Shown here: piece by piece, positions 53,642 through 62,311 of the stretch | Layout of the letters: each line of letters starts with the position of its first letter | Numbering within the stretch: position 1 is the stretch's first letter | IMG/VR virus record: IMGVR_UViG_3300020120_000082 | Span: 74,809-138,808 of that record | Source: a virus | Taxonomy: Duplodnaviria; Caudoviricetes | Direction: 5' to 3' (one strand) | DNA: 64,000 nucleotides | Translations under genes and position numbers: made by a program | Notes under the pieces: generated by a model | Told to the model about the DNA's origin: nothing | Database searches by the model: none | What the model saw: the letters and a program-made list of their open reading frames with translations, nothing else

Positions 53642-54241
53642 ATGGAAGTTGACGATAACGAATACGCCGAGTTCCTGGCCATTCGCACAGAACAGGCCAT
53701 CGAGCGTAGGCGGAAATCAGAGCAGAGCGTCACGGACCTTGAAGACGATATTGACGAACCGATCCGAAGTTGCGTGGCCAAGCTGGCATTGCTGGGGCTT
53801 GAGCCGCGCTGGTCTTGCTGCGGGTTCGATTACATTGGACAGCCGCCGCACAAGAGTCACCAGTATGGTGCTGCCTGGGTGGTCTTGAATTACAACCAGC
53901 GCTGCACCTGGTTATTCGAACACGCGATTGATATACGGTTTAACGACTATATCAACGGCTGGAGAACCAATCTTTACAGGCACTATGATCGAAACTATGT
54001 GAGCCTTAGATCAGAACTGACGAATGGCAACGCCTGGCCCGATCCAGACTCGACTCACTATTACGAGTCCGGATCGATCGCCATTGCCTACCTGGATGAA
54101 TTCTTATCCAGTCATCAAGATGAGTTTTTTGAGATTGCGACGGTGACTGACACCAACGCTGAGTTCATGAATCTTTACCCCACCTGGCAGTACAGCCCCA
54201 AGCTGCCCTGGGTAATTCAAGCCAGCGACTACAAGAAATGA
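53642..54241 (+). CDS. Hypothetical protein (IDEPI...SCCG motif)
   Basis: 199 aa ORF in operon. Confidence 0.7.
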   Translation: MEVDDNEYAEFLAIRTEQAIERRRKSEQSVTDLEDDIDEPIRSCVAKLALLGLEPRWSCCGFDYIGQPPHKSHQYGAAWVVLNYNQRCTWLFEHAIDIRFNDYINGWRTNLYRHYDRNYVSLRSELTNGNAWPDPDSTHYYESGSIAIAYLDEFLSSHQDEFFEIATVTDTNAEFMNLYPTWQYSPKLPWVIQASDYKK

Positions 54242-55159
54242 GCGCCAAACGTTCCGGGGCTGGCGTGGTGCTGGAGTCCCTACGTAATGGGAAATGGGTG
54301 CTGCTTTGTGCGGAATGTCCTATGCCCAGAACGAAGATGGACGATCCCGAGGTGCCCGCCCTGGTCTGGACCGGGAAAAAGTGGAAGTGTCCCGAGTGTG
54401 GCTATACAGTAACCGAAAAGAAACTTTGGGAATCAAGCGAGGACGAATTCGAGTTAGAGTAATGGCCAGAAGAGCGATTTTCAAAATGGAAGACTTCACC
54501 CTGGAAGTGCATGCAGATCATGTGGCGAACGACAGGCGCATTGGGAGTAAGTCGACCGCTCTGCAATTCACCAAGTACGGGTTTGTGGTAGCCCATCTTG
54601 AGTATTCCTGGCAAGGCCGAAACGCCAGGGCGATTGAAGAAGGACTGGCTATTTTTCTCAACAGCAAGGAGGAGCTTTGAAAATACTGAGTGGCGAGACG
54701 ATTCCAGAGCCGCCGCAGACGGAAGTGGCCTGCTCTTATTGCGGCACGGTGTATCTATTCGAGGTGGGAGATAAATTCCTGCTCAGTAGCAGGCCGGAGT
54801 TCACCCAGAAAGAATCGCAAGTTGAAACAAGTTTCTTCGGACTGATTCGGAAAGAAAAGGATTCCATCCTGGCCAAACGCCGTATGTGCTACGAATATTT
54901 CTGCAATTGTCCAGTCTGCGGAACGAGCAGCAAGTTTTTTACCTGCCTGGGAAATTCGGAGATAGACGTCGAGATTGCGATCGCCGGACATGGATACCTG
55001 GGATTGGAGTAACGATGCCCTGCGGCGAGAAAATCCACAAAGTCAATGAGAAGTGGAAGCGCAGAAAGCAGCGCGAGCAGGAAGAACAGGAGCGCCGGGA
55101 GAGAGAGCTTATCCCCATTCCGGCAGGGTGGCCTATGCCCAAGCCCGCGACGGTGCCCA

Positions 55160-56053
55160 ATGCCTGACAGCGGCTGGACGCAGAGCTTCTTATACGCCGA
55201 AGTTAATAGAATAGGCGAGGCTTATACAAAAAAAGAGATAAGCCTGGACATGCTGACTTCTATATTCACCAAGTATGTCAGGGTATTTCTAAGAGAGAAT
55301 CCAAACTTCAGCCCAGTTGAAATTGTTTTGTCGGATGGGATCAGGATCAAGTTCACCTTGAAGAATTACGGGCTGGAGATCGACCGGATGCGTTCCGGGG
55401 ATACGGAGATCGATGTTGAAGTCAAGCAACCGGAATGGATCGATCCGATTATTCAGCCGGTGCCATATGAAAGATCGCCCCGCGACAGGGCGCTAAACAA
55501 TTTTCGCGAAGAGCCTGATAAATACGATCTAACGCGCTACACCACGCGCTCGGATGACGGCGGCGCTGTAACTGAACTTGAGAGCAAGCTAAGAGCGGTA
55601 GCCCTGGTTTACTCCGTGAACAAGGATTTACAAGGCTGCTGCGAGATGGCGGCTCAGGCTATTAATGAGTTCTTTTCAAACATGCCTGGGCCACGCCAAC
55701 GCGACACAATTCTCTGGATCTTGCCGGATGATATCGCTGTAACATTTAGTCGCGACTCGCTCGGAAGAATGAAGTGGGAAGCAGACCTAGAGTCCAGGCG
55801 CGAGATCACCGGACCGGTTGATCAAAACGCCGCGGAGCGTGTCTGGCGTGAGCATGACGGTGTTATTCTGTGTGAGTGCGACGATGACGATTGCGATCTG
55901 GTTGTAGGCAGAATTACCAAAGAAGAGTACATGCAGGCGTCTGGGCGGGGCGGCTGGTACAGGGTTACGAGCCCGGACTGCAAGCATGGCGTTCTGGGGG
56001 CCAGACTGATGAGACGCGAAGCGCACTATCTATCCTGGACCAAAATGGAATGA
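55160..56053 (+). CDS. Hypothetical protein
   Basis: Long ORF, likely start MPDSGW; C-terminal Cys cluster. Confidence 0.65.
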   Translation: MPDSGWTQSFLYAEVNRIGEAYTKKEISLDMLTSIFTKYVRVFLRENPNFSPVEIVLSDGIRIKFTLKNYGLEIDRMRSGDTEIDVEVKQPEWIDPIIQPVPYERSPRDRALNNFREEPDKYDLTRYTTRSDDGGAVTELESKLRAVALVYSVNKDLQGCCEMAAQAINEFFSNMPGPRQRDTILWILPDDIAVTFSRDSLGRMKWEADLESRREITGPVDQNAAERVWREHDGVILCECDDDDCDLVVGRITKEEYMQASGRGGWYRVTSPDCKHGVLGARLMRREAHYLSWTKME

Positions 56054-56258
56054 ATATGCGCCTGGAGCCGATTTACGAAAGCGATTGGCTGGCATACGAA
56101 TGGACAGAGATCACCAGCCTGGATGATGACAATCCGGTGTATGTGCGTGGCAAGCGTAGAATGCCGCCGCCAGTAGATGGTTATCATTATGAGAGATGCG
56201 ATCAGATCCGGGACAGCGAATACAAGTGGCAGCGTGTTTATGAATGGGTGGGTGACTA

Positions 56259-56768
56259 ATGTGGGTTAGCGTGGATGTTGAAGCGGATGGGCCGGTTCCG
56301 GGCCTGTACAGCATGATTGAGATTGGCGCGGTAGCGATTATGCCAGGCCTGACTCGGACATTTGGAGCCAAGCTGGCACCGATCAGCGATCAGTGGCAAC
56401 CCGAAGCTCTGGCTGTAACGGGCTACACGCGGGCTGATACGGAGAGCTTTCCGGATCCCAAGAAAAGCATAATGGGGTTTGATAGCTGGCTTTATACGCT
56501 GCCCAAGGATGGACGTTTGATCTTTCTGAGCGACAACGCCGGTTTCGACTGGCAGTTCATAAACTACTATTTCTGGAAGTTTCTGGGACGCAACCCATTC
56601 GGGCATAGTAGCAACAACCTGCGCAACATCTATAATGGCATGAAGATGAGCAGTTTCGAGTCGTTCAGGGGCCTGCGTGATACGCCGCACACGCACGATC
56701 CGGTCGACGATGCTATGGGCAATGCCCAGGCATTTCAGAAGATGGTAGAGATGGGGTATAAGATCTGA
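56259..56768 (+). CDS. DEDDh 3'-5' exonuclease
   Basis: VDVEADG...NAGFDW...HDPVDDA. Confidence 0.85.
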   Translation: MWVSVDVEADGPVPGLYSMIEIGAVAIMPGLTRTFGAKLAPISDQWQPEALAVTGYTRADTESFPDPKKSIMGFDSWLYTLPKDGRLIFLSDNAGFDWQFINYYFWKFLGRNPFGHSSNNLRNIYNGMKMSSFESFRGLRDTPHTHDPVDDAMGNAQAFQKMVEMGYKI

Positions 56769-57109
56769 TGGACATCCCGCGTGGTTGTTATTACCGGGAA
56801 GAAACCCTGGTAAGCATCTTCCATGCGGTGCGAAACGCAGTGTTTGACTCGGGCGGCGACGGTTGGGGTTGCATACTGTCGCCTGACTTCGAAATGTACG
56901 CCGATCTGTTCGAAGATTTCGAGAAAAGTCTGCCGGAGCCATTTTTCATCAAGCGCGATCAGTTTGTTGACGAGGCTGGTAGATTGTATATTTCGTTTGA
57001 GGCCTTTCAGGAGAGCATTGCTTTTACCGAATGGATTCCAGAGCACCAGGTTGACTCGGAAGACATCATTGTTCGTCTTAGACCAAAGCTGGGGTAAGAT
57101 TGTGAGTAT

Positions 57110-57185
57110 GCGCCCATATAGCGTAATTGGCTTCGCCCCGGTTCTACACATCGGCATAATGGGGGTTCGAGTCCCTCTGGGCGCA
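57110..57185 (+). tRNA. tRNA-Val(TAC), atypical (C33, extra nt after acceptor stem)
   Basis: GCGCCCA/TGGGCGC; CCGGT-TCTACAC-ATCGG; GGTTCGAGTCC. Confidence 0.65.
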
Positions 57186-57193
57186 CTGAATTG

Positions 57194-57246
57194 GGGCCGG
57201 TTTAGGAAAGCCCGCGGGAATTGGGGTTCGAGTCCCCACCGGTCCA
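57194..57246 (+). ncRNA. 53-nt tRNA-Ala-like mini RNA (acceptor with G3-U70 + T-arm only)
   Basis: GGGCCGG/CCGGTCC-A; TGGGG-TTCGAGT-CCCCA; no canonical D or anticodon arm. Confidence 0.6.
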
Positions 57247-57342
57247 CTGCCGGTAGCAGATTGACGTGCTATTGAAGACGCGCTGCTACTGTGAAGCTCT
57301 GGCTTCGCGAGGCTGGGGCTATGCACCGGGAAAGACCGGGAT

Positions 57343-57408
57343 AACTGGGTAGCTCAGTCTGGTAGAGCGGCCAAGGGCATGTCGCAGGTTCAAATCCTGC
57401 CCCAGTTA
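57343..57408 (+). ncRNA. tRNA-like gene lacking a full anticodon arm
   Basis: AACTGGG/CCCAGTT, perfect D-arm and T-arm; anticodon arm reduced to GCC-AAG-GGC. Confidence 0.7.
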
Positions 57409-57418
57409 TTGGCAATTT

Positions 57419-57510
57419 GGGTAGGTGTTGGCTACTGGCTAGGCCATACCCGTTTTGAAAACGGGCTGGGAGATAAAAGGCCCATGAGCGTTCAAATCGC
57501 TTCCTACCCG
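57419..57510 (+). tRNA. tRNA-Ser(TGA)
   Basis: GGGTAGG/CCTACCC-G; CCCGT-TTTGAAA-ACGGG; long variable arm. Confidence 0.85.
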
Positions 57511-57516
57511 CTCGAT

Positions 57517-57605
57517 GGAGAGAAGGCGAATGATGGATTGTCGCGCTTGCTTCGAAAGCAAGTCGCCGGTCACGCGGCGCGGGAGTTCGATTCTCCCTCT
57601 CTCCG
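57517..57605 (+). tRNA. tRNA-Ser(CGA)
   Basis: GGAGAGA/TCTCTCC-G; CTTGC-TTCGAAA-GCAAG; long variable arm. Confidence 0.9.
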
Positions 57606-57617
57606 CCTGGAGAACTG

Positions 57618-57881
57618 ATGTATACCTGTCCGGTGTGCGATTACGATAAGCTGGATGAGCCGCCCTATGACGAAACCGGGTTTGGCTCATTCGAGATCTG
57701 CCCGCGTTGCGGCACCGAGTTTGGCGTAGCGGCTGTGAATGAGTTTATCGATGACGGTTACGGACTTAACGAAGTGTGCGCGGGTGCGCCACGGTCGTTT
57801 CTGGACGAATTTCATGCTCAGGCCAGGGCTGAGTGGATTGCTGGCGGATCAAAGTGGTGGTCAGTAAACCAGCCGGAATGA
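57618..57881 (+). CDS. Cys-rich zinc-ribbon protein (CPCC-like)
   Basis: CPVCDY...FEICPRCGTEFG. Confidence 0.7.
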   Translation: MYTCPVCDYDKLDEPPYDETGFGSFEICPRCGTEFGVAAVNEFIDDGYGLNEVCAGAPRSFLDEFHAQARAEWIAGGSKWWSVNQPE

Positions 57882-58411
57882 TTAAGTTCTGGATCAAGTT
57901 CCTGTTCGCCATCCTGAACCTGATCCTATTCTGGCAGTTGTGGCCATGGTTTCTATGGCTCTATTATGGCGGTTGGGGAATAACGTAATGGCAAAGTGGC
58001 TGGTGAGCATTTACCTGGGGATTGATGGCATGGATAAGATGCAGGATCCAACCATCAACTATGTTTCCAGGGAAGTATTCGATAGGACAAAGATTGGTTC
58101 ACTTATTCGGATCAGCGCCGGTTTGCGCAAGGTCAAGAAGATCAAGATGAGCCCATTTGGAAAGCCCTGGCACAAGCTGTTAACCTGCGAAGTGATCAAT
58201 GAGTAGCTTTGTGTCAGAGTTTTCAAATACGATTGAAATTCCAGATGATCTCATGGAAGAAATCCATGCAGACATGATGTGCCGCTCGAGCTGGCTGGAG
58301 TCTATACTTGGCTTGACAGATCGCTTGGGCTTGACCCATTCGATCTTTTCGCAGATACCGACCGAGAATCTAGTGTCGGTTAGCTGGCAGGAAATACAAG
58401 GAGACTAGGCA

Positions 58412-58636
58412 ATGGGAGTCATGAAGATTATCGATCGGACCGGAGATACCGTAGTTGAGTGGGATATTCGCAACGAACAGGAAGTGGCCGTGGCACGATC
58501 TGAATTCGAGCGTCTGCTGACGGAAGGCCGAACAGCTTATTGATACAGTGGCGATAGCCGGGTGGGTGATGTTATGGACACTTTTGATCCGGCTGTTGAG
58601 CAGATTGTTTCGCGCCCGCAGGTCGTCGGAGGCTGA
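58412..58636 (+). pseudogene. Ubiquitin-like (Gly-Gly-terminated) small protein, copy 1, with internal TGA at 58541-58543
   Basis: MGVMKIIDRTGDTVVEWD...FERL...TAY*YSG...FDPAVEQIVSRPQVVGG; 74 codons like paralog 59207; absent from the ORF track. Confidence 0.75.
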
Positions 58637-58637
58637 G

Positions 58638-59195
58638 TTGGAAAGCAGCCAGTCGTTCTGTAGCCGTTTTCTGCGTCGACTGACTGAACTTGAAGGTGCA
58701 TATCACGCGACGGAGTGGTACGATCATTCCCCGGTAGCTGGCGAATTCGGAAGGCTGGATGTAGAGCCGGTGGCGACCTCCGGCTCTATGTCTGTTTTAT
58801 ATGTTGGGTACACTCCAAGGTCTTTCGCCATGGCTTATTCCGGCGCTTGGACCAGCGGATCTTCACCTGCCGATCCGGAAGAAGCTGAAAGGCAAAGAAA
58901 GGCAAACGATAAATCCAAGGATCTTTTCTTTGAGTTCCTTGACGAGAGCCAAAAGACAGAGTTTGAAGAGAATGGCTATGTGACGGTTGTTTCACAGCAG
59001 AAGAATTTGTATCGAATAAGCGAAGGCAGAACGTTCAACGTTCTAGGACTGAACCGTGCTTTGAAGGCGGTGGCAAAGTATTGCCTGCAAACGATCGGTT
59101 ACGTACCGATTTATGATCAGATGCTGGTCCAAAAACTTATGCTGGAAAACGAAGAAGACAGGTTTTTGGAAAAAGCCAATAGAACGTCAGTCTAG
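58638..59195 (+). CDS. Cys-containing partner of the Ubl-like protein, copy 1
   Basis: TTG start after GGAGG; C-terminal domain paralogous to 59433..60065. Confidence 0.75.
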   Translation: MESSQSFCSRFLRRLTELEGAYHATEWYDHSPVAGEFGRLDVEPVATSGSMSVLYVGYTPRSFAMAYSGAWTSGSSPADPEEAERQRKANDKSKDLFFEFLDESQKTEFEENGYVTVVSQQKNLYRISEGRTFNVLGLNRALKAVAKYCLQTIGYVPIYDQMLVQKLMLENEEDRFLEKANRTSV

Positions 59196-59206
59196 GAGAA
59201 TAGGCA

Positions 59207-59431
59207 ATGGGAAGACTACGCGTGATGGATGGCAGCGGCGATTACAAGGCGACCTGGGATCCGGGGAAGCCGGAAGAGGTTGAAGCGGCCAAGATTGTTT
59301 TCGAACGTCTGATCGGTAAGAAGTACAAGGCTTTTGGCGTGAAGGAAAAGGGCGAGAAGGGAAATCAGATCTTCGCTTTCGATCCGAGCCTGTCCCAGGC
59401 GATTCTCGTTCCCCCAGCCGCGGGAGGCTGA
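59207..59431 (+). CDS. Ubiquitin-like (Gly-Gly-terminated) small protein, copy 2
   Basis: 74 aa, beta-grasp-like strand/helix pattern, ends ILVPPAAGG. Confidence 0.75.
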   Translation: MGRLRVMDGSGDYKATWDPGKPEEVEAAKIVFERLIGKKYKAFGVKEKGEKGNQIFAFDPSLSQAILVPPAAGG

Positions 59432-59432
59432 A

Positions 59433-60065
59433 GTGGCAGCGACATCATTTCGGCAAGACTCAGGAACAACCTGGCGGTACTGGACAAGCGGAACGTCCAG
59501 TACCGCTGCGACTGTTAGCATTTCTCGCGTCGGAGATCCCTGGGCTTATTGGATTGGGGGCGCGTCCGGCTCAAGCACCACGGCAGAAGTTGGCACCGCC
59601 AATGCGTCTGATGCTTTCACTTATTGGTGCTGGATGGCTAATGGTTCAATCATGCCTGTTCCGGCTGATCTTTATCAGCCAAAGATGCGCGAATTGACGC
59701 CAGAAGAAGTGCTGAAGATTGAGGAAGATAGAAAGAATTACCTGGCCAAGCGCGAGGAAGAAGAGCGCCAGCGCCAGTTGGCGAATCAAACGGCGGAAGA
59801 ACTGCTGGCGGAGTTCCTGGATGCCATGCAAGCCAAGCAGTGGAAAGAAGACCTGTCATTTATGGTCGAGTCCGAAACCGGTCGGAAGTTTCGCATTCGC
59901 CACCGCGGGAAAGTAGAAGAGCTTGATGAAGCTGGCAAGGCTGTTGGTTATCACTGCATTCACATTCCGGGTGTGCCAGCAGCCGATGAAGCCTTGGGCA
60001 GAATGCTGCTGTTGCGGAACTGCGAAGAGGAGTTCAGGCGCATTGCCAACTTTACCCGTGCCTGA
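59433..60065 (+). CDS. Cys-containing partner of the Ubl-like protein, copy 2
   Basis: S/T/W-rich N-terminus, coiled coil, EFLD...RI...KAV..HC...GVP..D...AN. Confidence 0.75.
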   Translation: MAATSFRQDSGTTWRYWTSGTSSTAATVSISRVGDPWAYWIGGASGSSTTAEVGTANASDAFTYWCWMANGSIMPVPADLYQPKMRELTPEEVLKIEEDRKNYLAKREEEERQRQLANQTAEELLAEFLDAMQAKQWKEDLSFMVESETGRKFRIRHRGKVEELDEAGKAVGYHCIHIPGVPAADEALGRMLLLRNCEEEFRRIANFTRA

Positions 60066-60486
60066 AACGATCCAGACGGAATTCGGGGACGTCAAGATCA
60101 TTCGTCGACCGGATGGCCTGGAAGACTGGAAAGCCAGTTTGTTTATCCGGGCCATGGGCAAGCCGACGATGACCCAGGCGTCTAAGAATACCAAGAAAGC
60201 GGCAGTTGAATACCTGACCATTTTCTGTCCCAAGATACTGGCTGGTTTCAATCGAGCAGCCAAGTTTGTATGCTGCGAGTCGATTGTTATCACGGCTTAT
60301 TTTGAGACCAACAACAACAACCTGCTGGGCTTGCGCTATGACGGTGGCAAGCCAGACGCCACCAATATTCAGAAGGGCATCGAGGATGCCCTTCTGATTG
60401 ACGACAGCCGCAATGATGCCGCCTGTTCCCGGCGCTGGGGCAGTCGTGATCGGATTGACATTCAGTTATTTGGTGTACGATACTAG
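60058..60486 (+). CDS. rusA: RusA-like Holliday junction resolvase
   Basis: KPDATNIQKGIEDAL..DD motif. Confidence 0.75.
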   Translation: MPETIQTEFGDVKIIRRPDGLEDWKASLFIRAMGKPTMTQASKNTKKAAVEYLTIFCPKILAGFNRAAKFVCCESIVITAYFETNNNNLLGLRYDGGKPDATNIQKGIEDALLIDDSRNDAACSRRWGSRDRIDIQLFGVRY

Positions 60487-60713
60487 GAGATCAGGCATGC
60501 CAACCGGTAAGAGAGTTACCAAAAAGAGTGCCAGGAAGAAGAATGGCCAACTTCGAATTTTGCAGACGTCCGGATCCACATTCGCGACCGTCGCCCCTCT
60601 ATTTGTGGATCGACTGGAATTGAACGTTGCTGAATTGTCAGAGAGAAAGATGAGTGAACTTATTGCTGCCGCGGAAGTTTTAGGCGGACACATCGAAATA
60701 CACATCAGGAAAA

Positions 60714-61301
60714 ATGACGGACATCCCAGATCCATCCGCACCAGTTAAGCGTGGCCGTGGTAGGCCCAAAGGGTCTACCAATGCGGCTGGCGTCAGCAAG
60801 TCTCGGCCCAAGACGTTCAAGGCTCGTCTGGGCGAGTATTTGAAGACTCTCCCCAAGATTTCCCCCAACGACTATTCCATGCTGGAGAGCCTAGTTACCC
60901 TGGAAGTCCAGATGGAAGAGCTTCGCAAGAAGATGAAGTCCGTCAAGGATGCCCTGGAGATACGTAAACTCTCGGAGTCTTACACCAATTACTCCAAGGA
61001 GTTTCGTCAGGTCCAGGATGCTCTGGGGATTGGCCGCAACCAACGTTCAACCGAGATCGATATGCAGGGAGAAGTCGATGCACTGGTTTTAGAGTCTAAA
61101 GAGTTGGTTGAGGCGTCGGGAGCAGATATTGCCTGCTCGCACTGTACTTCAGAGATCCAGATGGGGTTCGTCCTGTTCCATTTTCGGGATGATGTGCCCT
61201 GGTATTTTCATTTTGACTGTCCAAAATGCGGGCAACCCAATACGATCTCTGGATCAGTTGCTGGTCCACTGGTGATTGAAGGGGCCAGGTCGCATGCCTG
61301 A
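60714..61301 (+). CDS. Putative terminase small subunit / DNA-binding protein
   Basis: AT-hook-like RGRGRPKGS, helical core, C-terminal CxxC..CxxC; 1 kb upstream of TerL. Confidence 0.5.
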   Translation: MTDIPDPSAPVKRGRGRPKGSTNAAGVSKSRPKTFKARLGEYLKTLPKISPNDYSMLESLVTLEVQMEELRKKMKSVKDALEIRKLSESYTNYSKEFRQVQDALGIGRNQRSTEIDMQGEVDALVLESKELVEASGADIACSHCTSEIQMGFVLFHFRDDVPWYFHFDCPKCGQPNTISGSVAGPLVIEGARSHA

Positions 61302-62311
61302 CTTTCACAGCTTACTAAAGGGGTTGGACCAGGCGGCGTTGGACCAGTTTCACATAGCGGTTGGATGGGGCGAGCTTACGGACACGTTCTCGATCGGCTG
61401 CGAGATCTGTGATATTTACTGCGCGGGCAAGGTCAACGAAGGGCATATATCGCGCTATGGCGAGAATGCCGCTAACCGGGTTGAGAATGAAGTCTGGATC
61501 CGGTTTATAGATATGGCCGAGCGACTGCACTGCATTCACTTGAAGCCTTACCAAACCTGGAAATCGAATGGGAACTGAACTGGAACTGCATCGCGGCCTG
61601 ACGGCAATGTTAGACAGCCTGGGCGATCTGGAGCGTATTGACTTTGAGATCGTGGCCGACAATCGAGCCAAGTATGCTGGCATGTTGTTCGATTTCGACA
61701 AGGTGGTTGGATACGCCAAGGATCTGCGCCTGATCGAGTACACCATTGAGGACATCTATGAGCGAAATCTTGCCAGATCCAGAAAAATTGTCCACATCTT
61801 CCGTTACGGCACCCACCCCACCGGAGATCCCGGAGTTATCCGAAGGGAACACGGTGACCCTAGCGGTCACTGGGATCGATTTTTCAAAGATTACCAGTTC
61901 GGAAAGTCGAAACATCTTCTTTCAGATGGCGCGAGAAGCGATCGCGGGCGGGAAAATCACGCGGGCGGAAGTGGAAATGATTTACCGTCCGGGGAGTCGC
62001 AAGCAAAATTACTGGAGCCGCCACGTCTTCGATCTGGTCGAGATCCTGAAAGATAAGGAGCGCCGCGCACATGCCACACGGAATAACGATCAAGTTTGAA
62101 ACAGGAACAAAATGGGTGTCGGATATACTGCCTATTGAGATTGACCCGAAGGATATTGCCGCTCTGAACCGGATGTTTGCAGCGGCAACCGATCACATTA
62201 TGGCCGAGTTCTTGTTTGGAACCGATGCGGTTGACAACGCTATTGAAGGGAAGTTTAGCGTGGTAGCGCCAGAGACGCACCAGTTACCGATTCCAGATCT
62301 GGAAAACAAAG

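Noticed and set aside
57110-57185. Amber suppressor tRNA (CTA present in the loop region)
   Set aside because: The 5-bp stem CCGGT/ATCGG places TAC at positions 34-36; a CTA register needs a non-canonical stem.
57194-57246. Full tmRNA
   Set aside because: It has Ala identity but only 21 nt between the ends; no tag reading frame or pseudoknots.
58548-58637. N-terminal extension of ORF 58548..59195 as a TM anchor
   Set aside because: This stretch is the alternate frame of the interrupted Ubl gene; the TTG at 58638 mirrors the start arrangement of the paralog.
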